Positions 8,118 to 16,080 of a stretch of 32,000 nt of DNA are shown piece by piece; within the stretch, counting starts at the first letter, position 1; each line of letters begins with the position of its first letter. The position numbers and the translations under genes were made by a program. The DNA is taken from the NCBI GenBank assembly GCA_934691725.1, contig CAKUTF010000002.1, forward strand, positions 34,167-66,166, read 5' to 3'. The notes beneath the pieces were generated by a model. The model did no database searches, was not told the origin of the DNA, and was given only the letters and a program-made list of their open reading frames with translations. Source of the stretch: an uncultured Fibrobacter sp. Lineage in GTDB: Bacteria; Fibrobacterota; Fibrobacteria; Fibrobacterales; Fibrobacteraceae.

Positions 8118-9119
8118 ATGAAAAAAATTGTTTTCACGCTCATTCTCCTGGTTTTTCTCGCCCTAGGCCTTCTCTATTTCGCAAGGGAAAAGGTTTTCTC
8201 CCCCACAAGCAACGCCCCGACGACATTCCAGGTCGAAAACGGAGCCTCCGCCGCAAAAATCGGAAAAGCGCTCGAAGCCCGCGGACTCGTTTCCAGCGGA
8301 AAACTTTTTTCGTGGTGGTGCCGCTACAGGAAAGCCTCTCTCAAGGCAGGATGGTATGACATTCCGGAGAAGACCAGCATTGCCGGTATCGTCGAGATTC
8401 TCTCTGCGGGGAAGACCGCTGTCCGCAAGGTGACGATTCCCGAAGGACGCGCTTCCTGGGAAATGCCCGCCTATTTCCGCAAGGCGCTCCCCGACTTCGA
8501 TTCGACTAAATGGGAATCGATCGTCCACGACCCGGATTTTGCGCGGGAACTCGGCATCGAAGCGGAAAGCCTCGAAGGCTACTTGCTCCCGGACACCTAC
8601 CCGATTGAAATCGGAGCTACGGAAAAGGATATCGCAAGGCAAATGGTCCGCGCGAATAAAAAGCTCCGCGATGAAATGAAAACGAAAGGGAGCCCGCTCT
8701 GGAAAGAACTCGGAAACTGGCACAGGATTCTCACGCTCGCAAGCGTCGTCGAAGAAGAAACCGGCAAGACGGACGAACGCCCGCTCATCGCAGGAGTATT
8801 CATCAACCGTCTGCGGCAAGGGATTCCCCTCGGAGCGGACCCCACGGTCCGGTTCATTTTCCGGAACCTGACCGGTCCCATCTACAAAAGCCAGCTCCAG
8901 AGCGAAAGCCCTTACAATACGCGGCGTTTTCCGGGACTGATGCCCGGCCCGATTTCCAATCCGGGACGCAAGGCCGTCGAAGCGGTCCTCTATCCGCAAA
9001 AGACCGACGCGCTTTACTTTGTCGCAAAAGACGACGGTTCGGGAACGCATTTTTTCGCAAAGAGCCTTTCGGAACACAACCGCTACAAATCGCAAGCGGC
9101 CAAGAATCGCGGCGAATGA
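8118..9119 (+). CDS. mltG: endolytic murein transglycosylase MltG (YceG-like)
   Basis: 333 aa with an N-terminal TM anchor. YceG-family blocks are present: LTLASVVEEETGKTDERPLIAGVFINRLRQGIPLGADPTVRF, YNTRRFPGLMPGPISNPG, and YFVAKDDGSGTHFFAKSLSEHN. Confidence 0.92.
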   Translation: MKKIVFTLILLVFLALGLLYFAREKVFSPTSNAPTTFQVENGASAAKIGKALEARGLVSSGKLFSWWCRYRKASLKAGWYDIPEKTSIAGIVEILSAGKTAVRKVTIPEGRASWEMPAYFRKALPDFDSTKWESIVHDPDFARELGIEAESLEGYLLPDTYPIEIGATEKDIARQMVRANKKLRDEMKTKGSPLWKELGNWHRILTLASVVEEETGKTDERPLIAGVFINRLRQGIPLGADPTVRFIFRNLTGPIYKSQLQSESPYNTRRFPGLMPGPISNPGRKAVEAVLYPQKTDALYFVAKDDGSGTHFFAKSLSEHNRYKSQAAKNRGE

Positions 9120-11282
9120 TTACCAGTTCGCTCCGACCTGGAAAAAGAGGCTGAAATCGCTTATGTTTTTCAGCTTTGGAAAATCGCTCAGAGAAACGAT
9201 TCGGTGTAGCCCTAAACGAAGGTCAAGCGTCCGGTAGGCAAAGCGTACCATCGGTTCGAAAAGCAAGCGGTTCGCCTCCAAATCGACAAACGGGTTTTCC
9301 TCGAAATCGCGCATGTAGGACGCAAAGACCCACGCCCCGAAAAAGCGTCCGTGCACGCCAAGACTCGCCCGGGCCGCCGCATAGTGGTGGGTCGCCGTTT
9401 CCAAAAAATTAAAGGAAGCGCTCCAAGGGGAAAGCTCCGGATGCATCCGAAACCAAAGATCCACCGCCCGAATCGTTCCGTCGCTCCAAGTGGCAAGCGG
9501 ATCGGGATAGACGTAGCCCTCGCCCGATTCCCGGCGAATGTGGACTCCCGCCAAGGCTCCAACCCCCAGAGCGAAAAAGCGGGTCGGAGAGAAGAATTTC
9601 TGGACGTCCAAGTTGGATGCGAGGTAAAGCGGGGCGTCGCCCGTACCGTCCGTCAGGTTCACCGAACGAAATCCCAGACTGCCCGAAATCCGGTAGCCTC
9701 GGTCCCCGAACCATTCTTCAAACCCGCAGCGACTACGTACAAACGAAACTTTAGGATACAGGGTGTTTACAAAAAAAGTTTCTTCTTCGTGAAAAGTTCG
9801 GAGTTCAGATTTTCCGAGGAGAACGTCCAGCGAAAAATCCGCCAGGGAATCTTTCCAGGCAAAGCGCAACTCCGCATCGTTTTCCCGAACTTCCCGAATG
9901 CGCAAACCTTTCGAAGCTTCCGAAAAATACCCGAGAAGCGGACGACGCCTAGAGATGTTTCCCCAGGCAGAAAACTCTCCGCGATAACCGAAAAAACCGC
10001 GCATCAAAAATCCGGGACGGACAGCATACGAATATTCCCCGACATAGCCGTCAACGGAAAGTGCGTATTCAAACTGGTTTACAAAACGAAAATCCAGTCC
10101 CGCATACGCCAAGGGTCCCGTCAAATTGGAGCCAAAACCTCCGACGCGAACTTCGAGAATCGATGTCGCCGAGGCGGAAATTTTCGCAATCCCTGCGGAA
10201 TCCATCTGGACTTGCACGGAATCATAGAACGGCGAATAGGCGATGCGTTTCAAGAAATTGCCCGGAGCGTCGATTCCCGTATCGGAAGGATTCCAGCGAG
10301 ACGAAATGTCGGAATAATAGAGCGAAGAAACCTGTTCAAAGGACGGCTCGATTTTAAACCGCGGAAGGATAGAATCCGACGGTTCGGGAGGCCGGTAAGT
10401 TCGCAAAGCGAGCGGGGAAAGTTCACCCAACTTTCTTTCCATGTCCGAATATCCCGCCTGCATCCATCCAAGCGGGGACTCTTCGGCAAACGAATGGGGA
10501 CGGACAACGGCCAGATGCCCCCCCGAATCTTTTCGGGCGCGAAAGAACTTCAAGGCGTTTTGAAATCCGGCAACGGCAAGCGGATCTTCCCGAAAGCCGT
10601 CATCCCGAACCGGGTAGGCCATGACATAAATCGAAAACGCAGACGAATCGTCCGGAAAAAAGAAAGGGCACTTCTCGCCCGAAGCGAACGAAAACGGGAG
10701 CGCCTCCACAACCTTCGAAGGCTTGAATTCGCCCGCTTTACACGAAAGTGCGGAAAAAGGAATCGCCGAAGAGTCCGCCCGGGTCAAAGCCTCTTGCAGC
10801 CGAAGCAGAAAGAGCGACTTTTCCAGAAAGGATTCATCGATTTCCAGGGATTTGGGACATAGCATCGCCCGTCCAGACGAATCTCCGAAAAAGGCAAAGC
10901 GAAACGCAAGCGCTGGCGCCCCCGAAAAAGCAACCGGCAAGTCAAACCATCGCCGTTCTGGCGTGTGCGGCAAAACCTGCGAAACAAAAAGCGTGTCGGT
11001 CAAGATCCGCTGGATTTCATCGAGTTCAAAACCCGAGGCCCAGAGCGACCCGACAAAAGCCCCCCACGAAGTCCCTACTACGGAATCCACCGGGACGCGG
11101 TAATCCCGCACGGCATACAGAACGCCTAACGAATACCACGGCGAACGACTCCCCCCTCCCAGATAAAGAACCGTTCTCGAAAACGGAACCGTTTTCTTTT
11201 GGAAATGCAGGGAATCGCCTTCGGCAAAGGAAAGCGTCAGAAACGCGAAAAGAGGAATCCAGAGCTTCCTGAGAAGGCACAT
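9120..11282 (-). CDS. patatin-like phospholipase with C-terminal beta-barrel (PlpD/FplA-like, type Vd autotransporter architecture)
   Basis: 720 aa. Signal peptide, patatin glycine-rich motif LGGGSRSPWYSLGVL and nucleophile GTSWG. The C-terminal half is long, rich in alternating aromatic/Gly residues, and ends ...FFQVGANW (terminal aromatic, typical of OM barrels). Length is close to P. aeruginosa PlpD. I could not confirm a POTRA region by eye. Confidence 0.8.
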   Translation of the reverse strand: MCLLRKLWIPLFAFLTLSFAEGDSLHFQKKTVPFSRTVLYLGGGSRSPWYSLGVLYAVRDYRVPVDSVVGTSWGAFVGSLWASGFELDEIQRILTDTLFVSQVLPHTPERRWFDLPVAFSGAPALAFRFAFFGDSSGRAMLCPKSLEIDESFLEKSLFLLRLQEALTRADSSAIPFSALSCKAGEFKPSKVVEALPFSFASGEKCPFFFPDDSSAFSIYVMAYPVRDDGFREDPLAVAGFQNALKFFRARKDSGGHLAVVRPHSFAEESPLGWMQAGYSDMERKLGELSPLALRTYRPPEPSDSILPRFKIEPSFEQVSSLYYSDISSRWNPSDTGIDAPGNFLKRIAYSPFYDSVQVQMDSAGIAKISASATSILEVRVGGFGSNLTGPLAYAGLDFRFVNQFEYALSVDGYVGEYSYAVRPGFLMRGFFGYRGEFSAWGNISRRRPLLGYFSEASKGLRIREVRENDAELRFAWKDSLADFSLDVLLGKSELRTFHEEETFFVNTLYPKVSFVRSRCGFEEWFGDRGYRISGSLGFRSVNLTDGTGDAPLYLASNLDVQKFFSPTRFFALGVGALAGVHIRRESGEGYVYPDPLATWSDGTIRAVDLWFRMHPELSPWSASFNFLETATHHYAAARASLGVHGRFFGAWVFASYMRDFEENPFVDLEANRLLFEPMVRFAYRTLDLRLGLHRIVSLSDFPKLKNISDFSLFFQVGANW

Positions 11283-11294
11283 CGCTACCCCGGA

Positions 11295-12188
11295 CTAGGC
11301 TTTCGGTGATTCAAAGATTTTTTCAAATTCGCCCGAAACGATTAGCGGAGCGACGCAAGAATCGACGTTAAAGACTTCCCACGACGGAACAAAGGACTTT
11401 CTGTCATCGGCAAGTACAAGCCTTTGGGTAACGACACCCCGGAGATTAGCCGCGAGAGAGGCTCGGAGGAGCTTCCTGTTTTCACAAGAAGTCGAAGAAG
11501 AAAGATAAGCCATGACGTCCCGCGCAGAACCTGCCGTATATGTGGCGACGACCAACGCTCCCGAAGCTGCGGCATCGAGAGCCGGAAGCAAGGCGTTTTC
11601 GTCTAGGTCTCCGAGCCAGAACAGGTCCGTCCCCGATAGGATTCCCTGCCGAATTTCCTCTTCCGCGGAAACCTTGGGACGTTTCCGCACGACAAGACTT
11701 TCTCCCGTCCGAATCCGGTATTCGGGAAGCGCGTCCAAGAAGCTCGCCCGGAGCGTCCGCCTTGAACACAGTTCCGAAACGAAAGCGGATGCGGTCGTCG
11801 TCTTTCCCGAAAGCTTTGGACCCGCGAACAGGACAAGCCCGGAATCCACACCAAGCAGGTTCATCGCCGCTTCGGGGAAAGCCAAGGTCGAAAGTTCCGG
11901 AGCGTCCATTCCGACAGGTCGCAAAACGACCGTCTTGCCAAAAGCCTCGCGAGAATAACGCACACGCCATTCCGTTTTCGCCCAAGGACCGCCACAAAAG
12001 GCGCCACTTTCCCCGACCAGGGGACCGAAAAAACTTTCCAGTTCGCCAAAAGAAAGCTTTTCCGCATTCGGAATGTTCCTCACGCGTCCTGCGATGCGAA
12101 GCGACGGGACAAAGCCCTCGGCTAAAATCAGATCCACCGCTCCGACCTGCAAAGCGTATTCCAGAACGCCATCCAAAGAATTTTCCAT
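11295..12188 (-). CDS. PilT-like secretion-ATPase family protein, degenerate catalytic motifs
   Basis: 297 aa. The N-terminus GAVDLILAEGFVPSLRIAGRV resembles PilT. Walker A GPKLSGKTTT is intact. The Walker B / catalytic Glu region reads LFWLGDLDE (canonical ILVGEMRD), and the His box reads SGALVVATYTAG (canonical TGHLV.sTLHT). Confidence 0.8.
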   Translation of the reverse strand: MENSLDGVLEYALQVGAVDLILAEGFVPSLRIAGRVRNIPNAEKLSFGELESFFGPLVGESGAFCGGPWAKTEWRVRYSREAFGKTVVLRPVGMDAPELSTLAFPEAAMNLLGVDSGLVLFAGPKLSGKTTTASAFVSELCSRRTLRASFLDALPEYRIRTGESLVVRKRPKVSAEEEIRQGILSGTDLFWLGDLDENALLPALDAAASGALVVATYTAGSARDVMAYLSSSTSCENRKLLRASLAANLRGVVTQRLVLADDRKSFVPSWEVFNVDSCVAPLIVSGEFEKIFESPKA

Positions 12189-12198
12189 ACACTATATC

Positions 12199-13785
12199 CT
12201 ATTTGCCCGGGCGATAGACGGCAAAACGGCGACGGTTCAAGGAATGCCGCCAAGCGTCCTCTCCGCGGATAAATCCCGAATCCACCAGATTTTGGAGGGA
12301 ATCGTCGAGCGAAATCCCTTGGTCTTTAGACATTATCGCTTGAGGCAACCGGGCGAGCTCCTTCCGGCGAATAATATCCGAAACCGAAGCGGTAACCTTC
12401 AGGGCTTCCGCGGCAAGGACCCAACCTTGGCCATCGATTACGGGGAGCAGATGCTGCACGATGATCCCCTTCAGTTCGTTCGATAACGCGTTCGCCAGTT
12501 CCTCTTCACTTTCACCTGCTTCGGAAAGCAAGCGGGAAAGCAGACCATAGATATCGTTACCCGTCGTTACGGCAAAGACCAGGACTCCCGAAGAAGCTGC
12601 CCGCAACAGCGACCAAAGCTCGTCGAGAGATTCCAGATGATCGAACAGGATGACATCCGCACCGGCGCGGGTTGCTTCCCGGACAGCCTCGCTTCCGGAT
12701 AGGACATGCAATCCGATCTCCTTTTGAAGGACCATCCCGCGGTCGCTTCGAAGCACGCGTTCAATCGGCTTCTCGACCGTTTCCAGAAGGACATCCCTGC
12801 CGTTCAATATCGCTTCGCCAAAAGCCCCGAGCGTCGTCGAGCGTCCGCTTTCCGAATTTCCGGCGATTAACACAAGCCCGCTTGAAAGCTTTAGGAAATC
12901 CTCACAGAACGCAGGCAGATACAATTTATCGAAAGAAATCGCCGTCGAAGAAATCAGGCGAATAGCAAGCGATGGAACAGTTTCGTTCCACGTAACCGCC
13001 AAGCGGTTCCGGCCAACCCCCGAAAGGGCGAAGGACTTGCAAAAATCCACTCCGACAACGGGTTCGTATCCGTCCGCAAAACCGTTTTTCGCTTCGGAGA
13101 GAAAAGCGGAAAGCCTAGACGCATCACAAATGGCGTCGCTCGCATAGACAAGCTTTCCAAACACGCGAAACGCAATCCGGGATTTTTCGGAAAGATAGAC
13201 ATCCGTCGCGTTGAGCTTCCGGGCAAAGGCAAGAATCTGCGAAAGGGAATTTTCCATCGAAAAACGCTCCGGGACTTCGACCGTTCCTTCCCCGCATTCG
13301 ATTTCAAAGCGGTCCGGCAAATCTTCTCCCGATTCGGAAAGTCCGCTATTCCCTGCCTGGAAAACGGCAACCGGCGCAATGCTCGTCTGTTCAAGCCCCG
13401 AAACCTTTTCGATCTGGACACTCGTCACGTTTGCTTGCCCGTAGGGATTGTTCCCTTCCAAGGCTATTGAAGGTTCGGGCTGCGACTTTGTTTCGGCAAT
13501 CGGTTCTGTTTTTGAGGCAGGCGTCGGAGCTTTCGCCGTCGGGCGTTCAAAAGGCGAATCGGTCGAAGCCTTGGGCTTTTCCGCCGCATTCAGCTTGACC
13601 TCCAAATCCCGAACATAGGAATCCACCGCATCATAAGTCGTTTGGTCGAGAATGCCGTTTTCGAGCAAGAGCCTTCCCAAATCGTGGGATTCGTCAATTT
13701 TATCCCAAAACTCCTGGATTTGCGCCTTTGTGACCAGGTTGTTCGAAAACAGGACCTTTGCCATTATCTGGTTTCTTGTCATCAT
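12199..13785 (-). CDS. GspE/PilB-PilT-like protein with T2SSE_N-like N-domain, degenerate catalytic motifs
   Basis: 528 aa. The N-terminal ~60 aa resemble a GspE/MshE N-domain (LVTKAQIQEFWDKIDESHDLGRLLLENGILD), followed by a Pro/Ala/Glu-rich linker and a PilT-like core. Walker A reads GNSESGRSTT (Lys to Arg). The Walker B region reads DVILFDHLES (no Glu). The His box reads SGVLVFAVTTG. Confidence 0.8.
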   Translation of the reverse strand: MMTRNQIMAKVLFSNNLVTKAQIQEFWDKIDESHDLGRLLLENGILDQTTYDAVDSYVRDLEVKLNAAEKPKASTDSPFERPTAKAPTPASKTEPIAETKSQPEPSIALEGNNPYGQANVTSVQIEKVSGLEQTSIAPVAVFQAGNSGLSESGEDLPDRFEIECGEGTVEVPERFSMENSLSQILAFARKLNATDVYLSEKSRIAFRVFGKLVYASDAICDASRLSAFLSEAKNGFADGYEPVVGVDFCKSFALSGVGRNRLAVTWNETVPSLAIRLISSTAISFDKLYLPAFCEDFLKLSSGLVLIAGNSESGRSTTLGAFGEAILNGRDVLLETVEKPIERVLRSDRGMVLQKEIGLHVLSGSEAVREATRAGADVILFDHLESLDELWSLLRAASSGVLVFAVTTGNDIYGLLSRLLSEAGESEEELANALSNELKGIIVQHLLPVIDGQGWVLAAEALKVTASVSDIIRRKELARLPQAIMSKDQGISLDDSLQNLVDSGFIRGEDAWRHSLNRRRFAVYRPGK

Positions 13786-14591
13786 ACAAAATCCCTGCGG
13801 CTAAACCACCAGCTAGAGATGGCAAGGAATATTCCGATGTAGCCGATTGCGTACAAACTATTCCACAAGATATAGTGCGAAGGAAGGGCGATACCGTGCA
13901 CGACATAAGACGCAATGTCAAAGCGGTACAGGCCGGGGAAAACGGCATGGACGATTTCTGCAGCCTTTTCCATCACGACGCTTTCCGTTCCCTCGACTTC
14001 CCCCATCCGACGGACAAAGCGCACCTGTTCCATCAGTTCATTCGAGAGCCGTCCGGCGATATAGACGCCTATCGTAAACAGTGCAGATAGAACCGGTGTC
14101 GAAAAAGTCGAAAAAAGAAGGGCGACCGCGACGACAATTGCCATTTCCCAAAAAATCAAAAGAACCGCCCAGAGAAGCGAAAGCGTCGGATTTGACCCCG
14201 TCCATACGAGAATCGCGTAATAGACCGACGTGAGCAAAACGAGGTGAACCGCGACAACGGCGAGCAGCCCTAGATATTTCCCGATGATGAAAACCGCGCG
14301 GCTGATGGGCTTCGAAAGAAGCGTAAGGACGGTTCTCCCCTGGATTTCCTTCTGGACAAGTCCGATTCCGACAAAAACCGAAATCAGAAGTCCCGAAAGC
14401 GACATGATGCTGAGGGTTGTCGATTTTATCACGTAAGAACGGTCGAAAACTGACCATTCCCCGAGCAAGATGCTGAAAAAAGCAAGCGCAATCGCAAGGA
14501 AAACGATATTGTAGAGAATCTTGTTTCGCACCGACTCGCGAAAAGTGTTCAGTGCGATGATCCCGATATTCTTAATGTTCTGCACGGGCAA
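13782..14591 (-). CDS. ABC-2 type transporter permease
   Basis: 269 aa with about 6 predicted hydrophobic helices. The N-terminus IALNTFRESVRNKILYN is typical of ABC-2 permeases. It overlaps the upstream ATPase gene by 20 nt, and shares an ATGA overlap with the downstream gene. Confidence 0.85.
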   Translation of the reverse strand: MPVQNIKNIGIIALNTFRESVRNKILYNIVFLAIALAFFSILLGEWSVFDRSYVIKSTTLSIMSLSGLLISVFVGIGLVQKEIQGRTVLTLLSKPISRAVFIIGKYLGLLAVVAVHLVLLTSVYYAILVWTGSNPTLSLLWAVLLIFWEMAIVVAVALLFSTFSTPVLSALFTIGVYIAGRLSNELMEQVRFVRRMGEVEGTESVVMEKAAEIVHAVFPGLYRFDIASYVVHGIALPSHYILWNSLYAIGYIGIFLAISSWWFSRRDFV

Positions 14592-15486
14592 TTTCCTCCG
14601 TCAAGACATCTTCGAGACTAGGACGTTTATGTTCGACGCATTCCACGGGAAGTCCCGAGCGAAGGCAAAAATTCAAAAAGCGGTCACGCGCAAGAGAATC
14701 CCGGCAGACCCATTCCCGCGGAGTTGTCCCCTGCGGCTTGACGCCTTCGGGAAGATCCGACAAGGGAATATCCGCTGCGACATGGACATGGTATTCCGCA
14801 GAAGCGTTCGACGTAAAGTCGTCAACCGTTCCCTCGCGGACGATTTTTCCGCCGACAATCATCGCGACGCGGTGGCTGATCGTTTCGACGTCCGACAGCA
14901 AGTGGCTCGAATAGAAGACCGTGACGCCTTCCCGGTTGAGCGAAAGAATCGCTTCGCGGACATCTTTTCTGCCTACTGGATCGAGCCCGCTCATCGGTTC
15001 ATCCAAAATCAAAAGGTCCGGCTTCGAAAGAATCGCCTGGGCGATGCCGACCCGCTGCATCATTCCCTTCGAATAGGTACGCAGCCGCCTGTTAATCCAG
15101 TCCTTGTCCGCATTCAAAAGGGACAGCGCCCAGTCAACCCGCTTTTCCAGGAAACATCCGGAAAGTCCGCAAAGCCTGCCGTAAAAACGCATCAGTTCGC
15201 GCCCCGTCAAATAGTCGTAAAAGTAAGGCTGTTCCGGCGAATATCCTAGATGACGACGGCATTCCACATCCGAAGGATCCCGCCCGCCGACCAGGACCTT
15301 TCCCGAATCCTTGCGGAGAAGCCCCGTTAAAAGCTTAATCGTCGTCGATTTTCCCGCACCGTTCGGGCCGATAAAGCCATAGATAACGCCTTTCGGAACA
15401 TGAAACGACACGCCGGAAAGCGCCTTTTTCGGTCGCAGAAGAAAACCCGAGCGATATGTCTTCTGGAGATTTTCGACCTGGATCAT
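14572..15486 (-). CDS. ABC transporter ATP-binding protein
   Basis: 304 aa. Walker A GPNGAGKSTT, signature-like YSKGMMQRVGIAQA, Walker B LLILDEP, H-loop SSHLL. Confidence 0.93.
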   Translation of the reverse strand: MIQVENLQKTYRSGFLLRPKKALSGVSFHVPKGVIYGFIGPNGAGKSTTIKLLTGLLRKDSGKVLVGGRDPSDVECRRHLGYSPEQPYFYDYLTGRELMRFYGRLCGLSGCFLEKRVDWALSLLNADKDWINRRLRTYSKGMMQRVGIAQAILSKPDLLILDEPMSGLDPVGRKDVREAILSLNREGVTVFYSSHLLSDVETISHRVAMIVGGKIVREGTVDDFTSNASAEYHVHVAADIPLSDLPEGVKPQGTTPREWVCRDSLARDRFLNFCLRSGLPVECVEHKRPSLEDVLTEEIARAEH

Positions 15487-15719
15487 TTTTCGTCCTCTTC
15501 ACCCTTCGCAATTTTCTTCAGCGTCTTGCGGTTGAAGACATAATAGAGTACGGCCCCGATCAAATAGACGAGCAGCCCCGCATAGAAGAAATAGTTGAGA
15601 GAGGATACGGGAAATCCCGGAAAAATCCGGTTGAGCAGCGGATGCCCAAAAAAGTACATCAAAACGAGAACGACGCCTAAGATTCGAAGCGCATACGTCA
15701 TTCCAACTTTCTTGTCCAT
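15483..15719 (-). CDS. small membrane protein (two TM helices), first gene of the operon
   Basis: 78 aa with two clear hydrophobic helices and a charged tail KKIAKGEEDEK. Its stop overlaps the ABC ATPase start as ATGA. It has no similarity I can recognise. Confidence 0.6.
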   Translation of the reverse strand: MDKKVGMTYALRILGVVLVLMYFFGHPLLNRIFPGFPVSSLNYFFYAGLLVYLIGAVLYYVFNRKTLKKIAKGEEDEK

Positions 15720-15813
15720 AAAAATTCTCCAAGAAGAAACCTTTCGGAGAAAAAATACACATAAAAAAAGAAAAGCGTTAGGCTACCTGGAAAATTCGCC
15801 CGATATTTGTTAT

Positions 15814-16080
15814 TAGTTGAGAGGATGGAATCAGTGGTCAATTAGCAATGAGTAATTAGGAGTGAGGAATTGGCTGTTTAGCGAGCCGGTGTCAGAGGTC
15901 AGCGACTAGCGAACAGTTAGGGAACAGGGAGTGGGAATTAGATTGCTGAGCGAACTGTTGCTAGAGCTTAGAGCTGAGATTTTAGAGCTTAGCAAATAGT
16001 TGATAGTGGACAGGAATCAGGACTCAGTGGTCAGAGCCTAGTTGATAGTGGATAGTTGAAAGAAAATAGGACTCAAAAAA
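15814..16080 (+). repeat. heptanucleotide NAG-N4 periodic array, sense on plus strand
   Basis: There are 19 in-phase 7-mers from 15948 to 16080, and 17 of them begin NAG (for example tagagct tagagct gagattt tagagct tagcaaa tagttga tagtgga caggaat caggact cagtggt cagagcc tagttga tagtgga tagttga). Earlier blocks use the same unit with 1-4 nt phase slips. By hand count there are 17 TAG triplets. The plus strand is strongly C-poor. No ORF is present. Confidence 0.9.

Noticed and set aside
7583-8359. 258-aa and 167-aa plus-strand ORFs spanning the small secreted-protein gene and the mltG start.
   Set aside because: They are low-complexity Ser/Thr/Pro shadows that run through a divergent promoter region and into mltG out of frame.
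8163-9095. 310-aa minus-strand ORF opposite mltG.
   Set aside because: This is a shadow frame of a confidently identified gene. It is Arg/Phe/Gly-rich with no recognisable motifs.
9351-10862. 503-aa plus-strand ORF opposite the patatin-barrel gene.
   Set aside because: The composition is extremely Arg/Lys/Pro-rich, typical of an antisense frame. The minus-strand frame has clear patatin motifs and a signal peptide.
11482-12217. 236-aa minus-strand and 225-aa plus-strand ORFs overlapping the 297-aa PilT-like gene. The same applies to 14521..15249 (+), 27004..27675 (-), 30363..30953 (-) and 30395..30997 (+).
   Set aside because: All are Arg/Gly/Pro-rich alternative frames of genes with clear motif support in another frame.
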